Positions 12,332 to 24,023 of a DNA stretch of 64,000 nucleotides are shown one piece after another (the first letter of the stretch is position 1; the number at the start of each line of letters is the position of its first letter). Made by a program: the position numbers and the translations under genes. A model generated the notes under the pieces. The model saw only the letters and a list, made by a program, of their open reading frames with translations. It ran no database searches and had not been told where the DNA came from. Source of the stretch: Eledone cirrhosa (lineage: Eukaryota). The stretch is taken from contig OZ024742.1 of assembly GCA_964016885.1 (NCBI GenBank), forward strand, positions 251,968,001 through 252,032,000, in the 5' to 3' direction.

Positions 12332-15300
12332 CCAATCTAAAGTCCAACCCCCTCTTCAACGTGGCAGGGCGGTGGCAATGGATAGTGTCAGAGCTATGCC
12401 GTCGGGAATTTTGGTTCCTGGTAGCGCCACCCAAAGCGGATTGGTCTGGCACCCAGCGGTATTAGGGCCACAACCCAGCAAAAGGGGCTCTGGTGAAAAT
12501 CCAAGAGGTGTCTGTTCCGGTAACCGGCAGCTTCGGGTCGTTTCTGTCCCTGCGTCTGTGGAGAATTTGCGTCAAACAGGACGTTTTTTCCCCTCGTTCG
12601 GGATATACATGCGGGTTTTTTGGGGACCGCTTGTGAATTCACTACTCCCATGACACTTCTTCTATGAATCCTACAAATACGAACTATGAATATGAATTGC
12701 CTTCTCGCTGCAAACGCAATGCAAAGCAACAGCGCTCCTACCGCTATGGCTCTACAGACTACTCCCGCAGACGAAGGAAGCAAATGAGGGTGGCGTGCTG
12801 GAATGTCCAGGCACTTACAATGAAGGCTCTGCACAGGTACTGCATTAGTGTCGCTTGCCTTTCAGAAGTTCGACTTCCCAATGTTGGTCATCTTCCGATC
12901 AAAGTTCCTGGCGAGGACATGTCCTACCACTTGTACCATAGTGGCGTGACTGACAACAGTGGCCTTCATGGGGTCGCTGTAGCGCTCAGCCCCGGCGCGC
13001 AAGTGGCTTTGCTGGCGTGGCAGCCAATCTCACGCTGGTTCGATTGAGGGGTCAAATCTCCAACGTCAGCGTAATTGCCACCTATGCTCCCACACTCAAT
13101 GCGGACAAGACGCAGTTCTATACCGATCTCCAAACAACCATGGATGGCGTCCTCTTCAGTGATGTTCGCATTGTCGCTGGGGACTGGAATGCGCGGGCGG
13201 GGCCGGCTGATGATACAACACGGCATATTCTAGGATGCTTCGCCCTAGGCATACGCTGTGTCAATGGTGAATGGCTCGTGTCCTTCGTGGATGTCAATCG
13301 TCTTATCATCACCAACACCCGGTTCCAACATCCTCGGTGTCACCTCGTCCCGTGGTGATCCAATGACGGAAGAACGGCCAATCAGATTGACTACATCCTG
13401 GCCAGATCTCGGTGGGCCAGCTCAGTGATGGACTTGCGTGCGTATCGAGGGGCTGATACGGGCAGTGAGCATGGGTCAGACCATACTCTTGTTCGAGCAA
13501 CCCTTCGTCTGCAGGCGAAACCTCCTCCCAACCGCCAGAAAAGGATTGACATCTCGCGACTCAAGCTCGATGCTGGAAATGCTTTCCGGCTAGAGCTGTG
13601 AAACCGATACCAAATGCTGAGTAACGAAGTGGAACAGCAACCGGAGCAGGAGTGGAACGCGCTCAGGGCGGCGACAGTTGAGGTGGCCAGAGAGCATCTC
13701 GGGGCGACCCAAAGATGCCATTGGGACTGGATCTCTGGCAGCACTCTTGAACTCGCGGAGAGGGCGAGAGTGGCCCGACTCGAGGGTACACCCAATCTTC
13801 AAAATCTCTGACATCGCACATCTTGGGCTATTCGGGCCGATTGGAATGCACACAGGCGCGAATTTGCGGAGCAGACGGAGAGGGCAGCAGCCTGTGGTGA
13901 CTCGCGCAAGCTCTACCAACTGGTGAAGCGAGCCAGCCGAAGCAGTACGGGTATCAGCGAGATGATCCGTGGTCGGAACGGGGCGGTCATTACCAATCTT
14001 AATGACCGGCTAGTCTGATGGCGGGACCATTGCTCCGAGCTGCTCAACCACCTGCCACCACCCACGCCAACCTACATGCAGCCTTCCGGAGAAGAATACG
14101 GGTGCAGCACTGCCCCTCCAACAGTCGAGGAGGTACGTAGTGTCCTGACACATCTCCGGAACAACAAGGCGCCGGGCGAAGATGGCGTTCCAGCTGAGGT
14201 CTACAAGGCCGAGCCTGATGTCTTCGCAGCTTGGCTCCATCGAGCCTTCTCCTCGGTGTGGGCGACGGAGCGGTTCCCTGGTGACTGGAGCGAGGCAACT
14301 CTCCTACCCTTCTTCAAAAAAGGCGACAGGAAACTGTGTTCCAACTACAGGGCTATCAGTTTAATTGACGTTGCTGCCAAAACCTTCGCAATTCTTGGGC
14401 TGAAGAGGTTTTAGGCCATCCGTGATGCCCGTACCCGTCCTTCTCAGGGCGGCTTCCATCTGGGGAGGGGGTGCGTTGATCAAATCTTCAATCTCCGGCG
14501 TGTCCTGGAGCAACGGTGGGCACATCAGCAACCTACCGTCCTCTGCTTCATCGACTTTGCAGCTGCCTTCGACTCGGTAGATCGGGAAGCCCTGTGGTGT
14601 ATAATGCAGGCGGACGGCATCCCAGTGAAGCTGCTTCGTCTCATACAAGGCTACTACCGGTCGACTCGGGCTTGAGTGAGGGTCTATGGTGAGGAGACGG
14701 AGTCGTTCGATGTTGGGACCGGTGTTCAGCAGGAGTGTGCGCTATCGCCAACTCTCTTTAACTACACCATTGACTACACTCTCAACACGGGCGTGGAGGT
14801 TGGGAGAGGGGTCATGGTGACGGACCTGGCCTAAGCGGATGACATTGTACTGATGGGCGCTAATGGGACAGATGTACAAGGTGCTCTCAAAGGGGTGCAC
14901 GCTGCAGCCGCCGCTGTTTGTCTATGAATCAATGCTGCCAAGTTGAAGGTCATGACGTCACTGGTCTCGCCTGATGCCTGGCAGCCAATATCTCTTGAGG
15001 GCGTGGACCTGGAGGATGTGGAATCCTTTGTTTACCTGGGCTCAACAGTCGTTCCAGCGGGACAGGGCGCAGCTGAGCTCAAGCGTCGCATAGGTGCTGT
15101 CAGATCTGCTTTTTGGTGCCTCCAACAGTGTCTGTGGGACAGAAGAGAGATCACCTCGGCGACCAAAGGGTGAATCTACCAGGCCGTTGTTCGCACTATC
15201 CTCCTCTATGGCTGTGAAACATGGCCTATGAGGGTAGTCGATCAACGGGGGCTGGAGGTCTTCGACAATGACTGTCTCCGCCGCATTCTTCGCTGCCCAC

Positions 15301-15695
15301 GCGTTGATCGGGTACCTACCACCAGTCTTCGTCTGAATCTTCGACCCCTTCCTTCAGGGCTGCTGCAGCGGCGCTTGAGATGGTGTGGTCACGCAGCCCG
15401 GCGCCCTGAGGGTGAGCTGATCTGCGATGTTCTCCTCTCACCTCCACTCCTTAACTGGCACAAGCGTGTTGGCGGGCAGCTGAAAACCTGGGCAACGACG
15501 ATCAAGGAGGACCTCTCCGAACTCTTAGATCCGCAGGTGGTCGGACTGTGCCGATGGAACCGTGACTGGCTCGCTATCTCCAGTGACCTAGCCCGGGACC
15601 GTCGTGCGTGGGCAGCCATGGTTCGGGATGCCGTCAGGACAAGGGAAGAAGCTGGCTCAACCCGTCCAGGGTGAATGTCGACACAAGTACAAGTA
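12332..15695 (+). mobile_element. Near full-length RTE-clade LINE (single APE+RT ORF, inactivated), 14-bp TSD, (CAAGTA)n tail
   Basis: APE motifs: ACWNV, ATYAPT, VAGDWNAR, QIDYIL, SDH. RT motifs: NKAPGED, NYRAISL, FIDFAAAFDSV, LSP, and YADD mutated to TAA-ADD. C-terminal LRWCGHAARR. TSD agtatcagtagaat at 12318-12331 and 15696-15709. Many stops and frameshifts. Confidence 0.95.
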
Positions 15696-16217
15696 AGTAT
15701 CAGTAGAATAACATGCTCTGTAGCATATAGTTACATCCTTTTACATTCTGCTGATGTTAACTTTGCCTTTCATCCTTACGGGGTTAATAAAATAATGTAC
15801 CAGTAATGCACTGGGAATGACTTAATCAACTTTCCCCTCCCCCAAATTGTTGGCCTTGTGCCTAAATCAGAAACTATTATTATTGTTGTTTTTTTTTGTA
15901 TTATTTGAATCCCAGCAAGTTCATACTACTAGTATCGATAAAATAAGGTACTAGTTAAGTACTGGGATTGATACATCCCTGTTCCACAAATGTATGGCTT
16001 TGTGCCTCAAAGAGTCGGGTGGTTCAGGATTGGTGGAGTACTTGAGCTAACCCTGGATAGTTATCCCCCTCTATTGGGGAATTCTCATCCTTGTATTTTT
16101 CTTGTTATTTTGTTTTATACCTTTTATATGTAAACCCCCACTCTCTCCATCTATTGTATTGTCCCCTATATGTCGGTCCTTGTGGCCAATAAATGAAACC
16201 ATTATTATTATTATTAA

Positions 16218-16412
16218 CGGCGGTGGATTGGCAGTATCGGTAGAGGGTCAGACACCATGCTTTGATGCATAGAGTTACGGCCCTTGCCATTCTGAGTTCA
16301 AATCCCACCGAGGTTAACTTTCCCTTTCATCCTTACGGGGTTGATAAAGTACCAGTAATGCGCTGGGATAATTGCTGGCCTTGTGCCAAAAGTAGAATCA
16401 ATTATTATTATT
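16218..16412 (+). mobile_element. SINE family A, full copy
   Basis: ggcggtggattggcagtatcggtagag...gagttcaaatcc...(att)n tail. Confidence 0.88.
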
Positions 16413-17115
16413 ATTAGCAAGTACCTTGCACTGGAGAAATATTTGGCCCCTGTAACTTGCACCAAAGCGTGTGCACCTACAATTGTATGCAATGCAATGT
16501 AAGAGACCATGGTAACCACCAGATGGCAGTACTGTAGATTCTGCTTATTTGTGCTTCTACTGCAAACACAACTTCCTTATTACCTCAACTGTTGTAGATT
16601 CTTAAGCATGGCATAAGTTCTCTCAACTTAATAAAAGGGGTTTTTCTTCCCTTTTTCCTATATACATATAAGTGTGATGGACAGATGGAGAAACAGTTCT
16701 TTTATAATATAGATTGAATAGGTAAAATTGTTAGATGACTTGTGATATTTGTTTTAGCTCTTTACATTCTGCCAAGGTCAACTGCCATGACTGATAAAAT
16801 AAGGTACCAGTCAAGTACTGAAGTCAATTTAATTAACTAACCCCCTACCAAAAAAAAAAAAAAATAAATAAAAATCCTTTCTTCTTTTGCTTATATTAGA
16901 AAAGAAAAAATAATAATGAATTCTATTTTAGGCACAATGTCAGTAATTTGTGGGGAGAGTAAAGCTGAGTATATTGACCCCATTTCTATATTGGTACTTT
17001 ATTTTATCAACGCCAGGATTTGAACTCAGAATGTAAAGAACTGGAAAAATAATGCTATGCATTTGTCCAACGCTTTAACACTGCCAATCCACTGCTTTTA
17101 GAAGAAATAATAATA

Positions 17116-17355
17116 ATAATGGTTTCTTATATAGGCACAAGGCCAGCAATCTTTTGGGGGGGGTGGGGCTGGGGCTGGGGGGAGTCGATAAAATCGACCC
17201 CAGTGCGTGACTGGTACTTTATTTTATCGACCCTGTAAGGATGAAAGGCAAAGTTAACCTCGGCGGGATTTGAGCTCATATCATAAAGAGCCGTAACTCT
17301 ATGCTGCAAAGCATGGTGTCTGACCCTCTACTGATACTGCCAATCTACCGCCCTA
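17116..17355 (-). mobile_element. SINE family A, full copy
   Basis: Same head, body and tail on the minus strand. Confidence 0.85.
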
Positions 17356-17496
17356 CCGCCCTAGAAATAATAATAACGGTTACTTATATAGGCATAAGTC
17401 CAGCAATTTTGGGGTAGGGGAAAGTCGATTAAATCAATCCCAGTATATTACTGGCACTTTATTTTATCGATCCCGTAAGGATGAAAAGCAAAGCCG

Positions 17497-17705
17497 CAAG
17501 AATGTGGTCAATATCACCTAATAACATCAAAATAATTCCAGCTGTCATCAGAGCTTTGGGCTCTAAACCAGTAAAATAGAGAGGATATCAGGAGCAAATT
17601 GACCTAGAATTATAAATTACTCAACTACAAGACTGCCCTGTTTGGCAAAGTACTGGCTGTCGAAGGCCCTTGTTGGGCCTCAAACAAACAGTAGAAGATC
17701 CAGTA
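17497..17705 (+). mobile_element. Second degraded R4/Dong-like 3' fragment
   Basis: Translates RMWSISPNNIKIIPAVIRALGS (compare VVPIVIGALG) and ends in an ATT/AAT microsatellite. Confidence 0.5.
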
Positions 17706-18084
17706 ATAATCATCAGCATTATCATTAATATTATTATTATTATTATTGGTTTGTTCATTTTACAACTATCAGATAGCATAGATAGGAAGGTTTGTTTATA
17801 TCATTGGTTTTTCAATTTTGAATATTTGCATTTTTATAGCAGCATTTCTTTTACAACCATATATTTTTCTTATTGCTAACCACACAGGCAAAAAGTAGGA
17901 GTGGAACTTGTGCCTCAACCAAACAGACTTTGGTGGCAATTTGAGACACAATGACTAGTAATTCCTGACTTTGGATACTTTGTGATTTAGCACAAACACG
18001 CAGTCACTGTGCTTCCTTCATATACTGATCTGCTTTAACCTTTTTGATACTAACCTGCCTAAAACTGCCCTTGGTTCTATGAAA

Positions 18085-18415
18085 ACTGTTCAGAAATGTG
18101 CAACCAAACAAATACTCTCCATCAGTCAATTACCATACTCTGAACGGCTTGTTTCCCTGGGCATTAAAGCTCCATCTTTCTAACAACAACCCTGGGCACC
18201 TTTTTGAATTCCATATGTCTAATACCCATGGACATCCTTACAAAAATCAGAAAACAGTATAGCTCCCATGACTTTTGGAAACATTTTTTCATGCTCAGAG
18301 TTGCTGAAGCATAGAACAAACAACTAGTATCTGTTGTTAGCTATCGGGACACTGCATCCTTCAAAACTTCCATGCTTCCCAAAATTTGCTGTATAAAATA
18401 ATTTTCATTATTATT
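18085..18415 (+). mobile_element. Degraded 3' fragment of the CR1-group LINE, nested in a piggyBac-like MITE
   Basis: Homologous to the ORF2 end (agctcccatgacttttggaaacattttttcatgctcagagttgctgaagcat) with the tail ataatttcattattatt. Confidence 0.85.
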
Positions 18416-18896
18416 TTAAAAAAGCACCCATTTTAAATAAAAATTTTGCAACATAATTTTATATAAGATCCATGTTATATTACTATTTTAATAATTGTTT
18501 CTATTTTAGGCACAAGGCCAGCAATTACCCAGTGCATTACTGGTACTTTATTTTATCGACCCCGTAAGGATGAAAGGCAAAGTCAACCTCGGCGGGATTT
18601 GAAAATCAGATCGTAATTTAATAATGAAATAATTAATACTTTTAGTATATCCCTTTCAAATTCTTCATTAATTAATTGAAATACAGAGTATTTCATTAGA
18701 AATATGGTCACAAAAAGGTTAACTCTCAACACCCTGTAATGATTTAGCAGGAAATATCTAAAAACAGGTTTGTTAATTCAAATGTCTATAATATCTTTAT
18801 TAGTGGACAGATCATTGTGAAAATTTTGCTGTATTAAAGTAAAGACTTTAATTTTTAATGTATTTCATTTGTACTTTTTAAGAATGTCTTGATAAT

Positions 18897-19143
18897 ACTT
18901 TTGTTACCAAACAAACCCCTGATTCCATGATAATAAGCAGTTTATTTTAAAGTGGCCTAAAAACACTTTCTAAAAACCTTCTATCATAATTTTATGTGAG
19001 AACCTTAGTTGAGTTATATTTCAAACACCAGCTTAATGAGAAAGTTAGTTATATTACTAAATTCCTCCAAATTCTCGATTATTTTTAGAATGATTTGAAA
19101 ATCACAGGCAATGTCTTTCAATAGAAATATGGTAATGAAAGGG
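18897..19143. mobile_element. piggyBac-like MITE family B, uninterrupted reference copy
   Basis: Termini cttttgttacca ... tggtaatgaaaggg. Related copies at ~4985, ~11010, ~18038-18720 and 35252-41753 have TTAA-CCCTTTT ends. Confidence 0.6.
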
Positions 19144-19858
19144 AATACAATGCTGGGCAGTTACAGCAACTTTCTTTGGTTTAATTAAACAGTAATGGGA
19201 TTTTGTCAGTTTCTAATTACATCAAAACTAAATTGAGACAAAATATAGGTTTAACATATAAAATATGATCATACAAAATAATAATTTGCAACGCCATACA
19301 TTACTGTTTTGTGGAAGTTTCTTTCTTTTTTTTTAGTACAGAAGAGGAATATTTGAATTTTGTCTCATTAGTTCTCAAGAGAATATATAATACTTACTGA
19401 CATTTCAGACAATAAATATTTAGGTATATAAAAAGAATTTACAGAATATAATAATGCATAAAGGTTGAAAGTAAGAGAGATGGAGGGGATATTTGTGCAT
19501 GAGTGTGTTTGTGTTTCAAACAAAGAATGCAAATCTAAAGTACATCAGTAATTAAGGTAATTAAGGTACTAGAACTTGCAAAGTCTTCCTTTACTTTGTT
19601 GTCTACAAATGCAGATGAGTGTTTCCACTACACACACACAAAAAAAACCTTTTTTTTGAGTAATAGATTTTTATATCAAAAATGAATTTTTGAATTGTTA
19701 GAAACATGATGTACAAATGGAATGCTGAAATATATTTGAAAAGATACCAGTATGTGATCATGGTATGGTAAGGAGAACTAGTTGGGAACTATAACAATAT
19801 CAACATCTGCAATACGCTCTTTTGTCATTGATATATATATATGTGTGTGTGTGTGTGT

Positions 19859-19896
<38 letters not shown>

Positions 19897-20211
19897 AAAC
19901 TTAACAGAAAATATTACAAAAGAAAAATATCTTAAATATTTCCTAATGGTGTATGCTCATCTCAACTGAGTTGTGACCAGGAATATTATGTAGTGGACAT
20001 TTGATTGAAATTCATATTTAAAAAAAACAAATAAAAAAACAATAAAACAAATATATCATAAATTGTGATAAGCTTTCTCTATAGTCATGTTTTCAATCAT
20101 TTTGTTTTTCCACACTGTATGAATATTATTAATATTGCATCAATGATTTATTGTTCAGGTGAGCAATTACCTCTAATACTGTTAGCTAACATCATAAGAG
20201 CAGTTATATTG

Positions 20212-20716
20212 TCACTTCTTCAGTGTAGCCATATCTTCGTATAAATTTTCATTCATAACATTCTGTTCTGACTCTAGACGAATTTCGTTGTTCATGACTT
20301 TCACTGTATGAGGTTTATTAGCATGTTTGTCTAGTTTGCTGTCATAGCCAGAAGCAACAGCACCTGCCTCAGCTGTACAGCTTTTGTTGATGTTATTTGC
20401 AAGAGCACTTTCTATAGGTTTGTTAGCATCTTTGTCTAGTTTGCTATCGTAGCCACAAGCAGCAGCAGCACCTGTTTCGGTTGCACAGCTTTTGTTGGTG
20501 TTATTTGCAATAGCATTTTCCATATCATTGACACCATGGTACGTTGGTTTGCTGACCTCTTCATATAAGGTGCTCATATCATTTGTGTTCCAGTAGGTAT
20601 TATTGGCAACAGATTCTGTAACTGGCACTGCAGGTGCAGCCTCTCCATCATTTTTCATCTGGGCATAAAATGTATTCTGAAAAAGGACAGCAGGTTCTTG
20701 GTACTTTCTTTTAAGC
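20212..20716 (-). CDS. Host gene, terminal coding exon: cytoplasmic tail of a single-pass membrane protein
   Basis: Acceptor catatctttgtag|G at 20717-20718, phase 2, 505 nt open to TGA. Encodes (W)LKRKYQEPAVLFQNTFYAQMKNDGE...NLYEDMATLKK*. Non-repetitive sequence; the phase matches the 32321-32402 exon. Confidence 0.85.
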
Positions 20717-21029
20717 CTACAAAGATATGAATTTAAAAAGAAATTTAAGCTTACAGTCAGAGAACTTTAAAAAAGATGTATTAAAATTGAATAAACATCA
20801 ATTTATAAAAATTAAAACGGTGCATGTGTGTGCACTTGATTGTATTGTCTATTTGTGTGTGTATGTGTGTGATACATTTTTTACAAGAGCATGTTTAAAA
20901 TTATCACTAAGTTTGTTAACATATCCAAATATTTAAAAGATGAGAAAATGGGAGTGGTGTTCCACCGAAGCAGGTGGTGAAATTCAAGTATCTTGAGGCT
21001 GCAAGGCAGGAGGCTGAATTAAGTGCAAG

Positions 21030-21362
21030 AATTGCAGGAGCTGGTACAGTAATGTGCCAAGTTTAGCATTCTGTCATCAGAAGAAACGAGATAAGTGTAA
21101 AGGCCAAACTTGCTAACTTCAATTTGGTATTCTGCCAACCCTTACCTATGGGATTTCTCCAAAGGGTCTTTGGAGTAACATTACTCAATAGAGTGCATAG
21201 AGATCACAGCTCTGATACTACAGGCATGTGGTCAGAATGTGTAATGAAAGGATTGCTGGACAAATTTTATGGGCAAAAATCAGCTAGCAAGAGACCCAGG
21301 GGTAGACCCCAAGCAAGATGGTTGGATAACATCAATGAATTCAGCTGGTTTCACTTGGGGAT
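21030..21362 (+). mobile_element. Degraded RTE-like LINE 3' fragment
   Basis: FLQRVFGVTLLNRV ... GHVVRM-like ... KRPRGRPQARWLDNI C-terminal RTE motif. Confidence 0.65.
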
Positions 21363-23137
21363 CTATGATTTTAATTACAAATTAAAATCATAGCATTATG
21401 ATCAACTTTGCCTTTCATCCTTCTGAGCTCGATAAAATAAAATACCAGTAAAGTACTGAGCCATATTTAATAACCCGCCTCTAAAAAAATGCTAGCCCTG
21501 TATCTAAATTAGAAACTATAATTATAGAAATAAATTGTTGCAGGTTTCTTCCCTTGATCAGCCTGTTTTTGTTTTAGTTTATGATTTATTTCCCTTGCAC
21601 ACTAATGTATATATGTATATAATTCTATGCATGTTGCTATTGCATAATTTCCTCTGAACAAGGGCTAGATATTATTAGAATCAAGTTTGCAAAGTCGAGC
21701 TGTTTTAGACAACCCCAAGAGTGGGTGTTATTCACATAGAAGCTATTATATATATAAAAATCAAAAAAATCTGAGGCCTACATGTTACCAACCTCTACTC
21801 TAACACATATTTCTGTTGGTCATGATAGACAGTAATTTTGAGAATTTCTTTGAGGCAGACTGAATTTTTGATGTGGCAGTATGAAAGGAGACAACAAAGA
21901 TTCCATTATCCATTTGAAGGTTGGCATTACCAAAGCAGGTAAAAAGGGTACAGGCTCAGGCAAGGTGTCTTTTTGTGGAAGACCAGCAGTGGCTCATGCC
22001 TATCAGCCTTCCCTCTCCATGTCCCTGATGTTGCCCAAGGGAAAGGCATAGTGACATCACAACTCATTTCTACAGCTAAGTGAACTGGAGCAATAAGAAA
22101 TAAAGTATCTTGCTCAAGGACACAATCTCACAATTGTGAATTCACCTCTCTAAACACCAAGCCATTATCCAAAGCAGTTACATAGTATATATATACATTT
22201 TATTTATATATACATGTGATGAACTGGTTTTGCCCCAGTTCATCACATTAAATTGAAAAGAAATAAAATCCTTTTGAATAGTCATTCTAATCACAAATTA
22301 TTTTGCCTTTATTGCTGTTTTAAATTACTTTTACCACGTAGGCGATATCATCATCTTCCACACTAGCAAACAGTTTAAGTTTGATTTATGAATATGAAAC
22401 TGACTTATTCTTCATTCTGATATAACTATCCAAAATTTACAAATAGAGTCTTTGTCTACCTTGATTTTTAAAGAGGTTTCTTAATTTTCAAATAACTTGC
22501 AGTGATAATTTTAACATACAGCTGACCCCTGCTTGTATAGTTCTAAATCTAATTTTGTGCAGTAAGTTTACATTTTATGTCAAATACTACATGCATGGTA
22601 TATGATGGTTAAAAGACTTAAAACATTACTAAAATGTTTAAAATAGCCATTACAAATGCTTCTCAGGCTCACAGAGTATCAAATGCTGGATCAGAATTCC
22701 TACCTTAAAGATTTGTAATTTTAAAATAAACACTGCTCACTTATCAAATTATTAAATATCTACCACTGTTTAACTATAATTACATTTTACCATTAATTCG
22801 CCATAATTTATCACTATAGCTTCACTATTTTTGAGTTTGTAAACATGAATTACTTCCCCTACACACTAGATAGATAGAGAGGGAGTGGATGGAGGCACAC
22901 ATATAGCAGTATACACACAAATCTAGGTGTCAGAGTGTATATGTATGCATGGATATATATATATATATATATTCACACACACACACACACACATATGTAT
23001 ATATATGTGTGTGTGTATGCATAGATGTGTGCGTGCGTAGGCATAGAGATTTGGGTGTACGTCTATTCTATTTATTAGGTGGATGAAGAAGTGTCAATAA
23101 ATCCCAGTAGAGATGACAAAGTGTCATGACAAGTGGA

Positions 23138-24023
23138 GAGATGCTATCCCGAAACGGACCCATCCAACCCATGCAAGCCTTTTCTTTTGCTGCAGCATAT
23201 GCAGAAAGGAATCTAAGTCCTTAATGGAGCTAAAATGTGATGTTTGTGCCACCCATGTATAAGAAAAAGGTCAAGGGATGATAGTTCTGAAAACCGAGAT
23301 GCAGTCCCTGCCGAGGTTGACTTTGCCTTTCATCCTTATGGGGTCGAAAAAATAAAGTACCAGTAATGCACTGAGTAATTGCTGGCCTTGTGCCTAAAGT
23401 AGAAAGAATTATGTGTATATGTATGTGTGTGTATGCCATTCATCACAAATATCCTAGGAACACCATTTATAAAACGCATGTTGGCTTACCTCAGAAATAA
23501 TCAAGGAGAAATTCCAGTGCCATGTTATTGAGCGAGCGGGTCTTCTACCATCATTGGCTTGTCAAATAAAATACTTCTTTTCCAATATAAAAAATAGCAA
23601 ATTTTGTAAGGTTCAGTAGCATGTCTAGGAACTTTAGTTTTTTTTAAATTACATTTTTACTTGCATTTTTTTTATATTGGAAAAGAAGTATTTTATTTGA
23701 CAAGCCAATGATGGTAGAAGACCCGCTCGCTCAATAACATGGCACTGGAATTTCTCCTTGATTATTTCTGAGGTAAGCCAACATGCGTTTTATAAATGGT
23801 GTTCCTAGGATATTTGTGATGAATGGCATACACACACATACATATACACATAATGGCTGCATCTCGGTTTTCAGAACTATCATCCCCTGACCTTTTTCTT
23901 ATACATGGGTGGCACAAACATCTCATTTTAGCTCCATTAAGGACTTAGATTCCTTTCTGCTTATGCTGCAGCAAAAGAAAAGGCTTGCATGGGTTGGACG
24001 GGTCCGTTTCAGGATAGCATCTC
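23138..24023. repeat. Long near-perfect inverted repeat (arms ~360 bp, ~60-nt spacer); left arm interrupted by a truncated SINE A (~23304-23407)
   Basis: 23138-23303 plus 23408-23600 is the reverse complement of 23661-24023 with only a handful of mismatches. An older, diverged direct copy follows at ~24040-24310. Confidence 0.92.
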
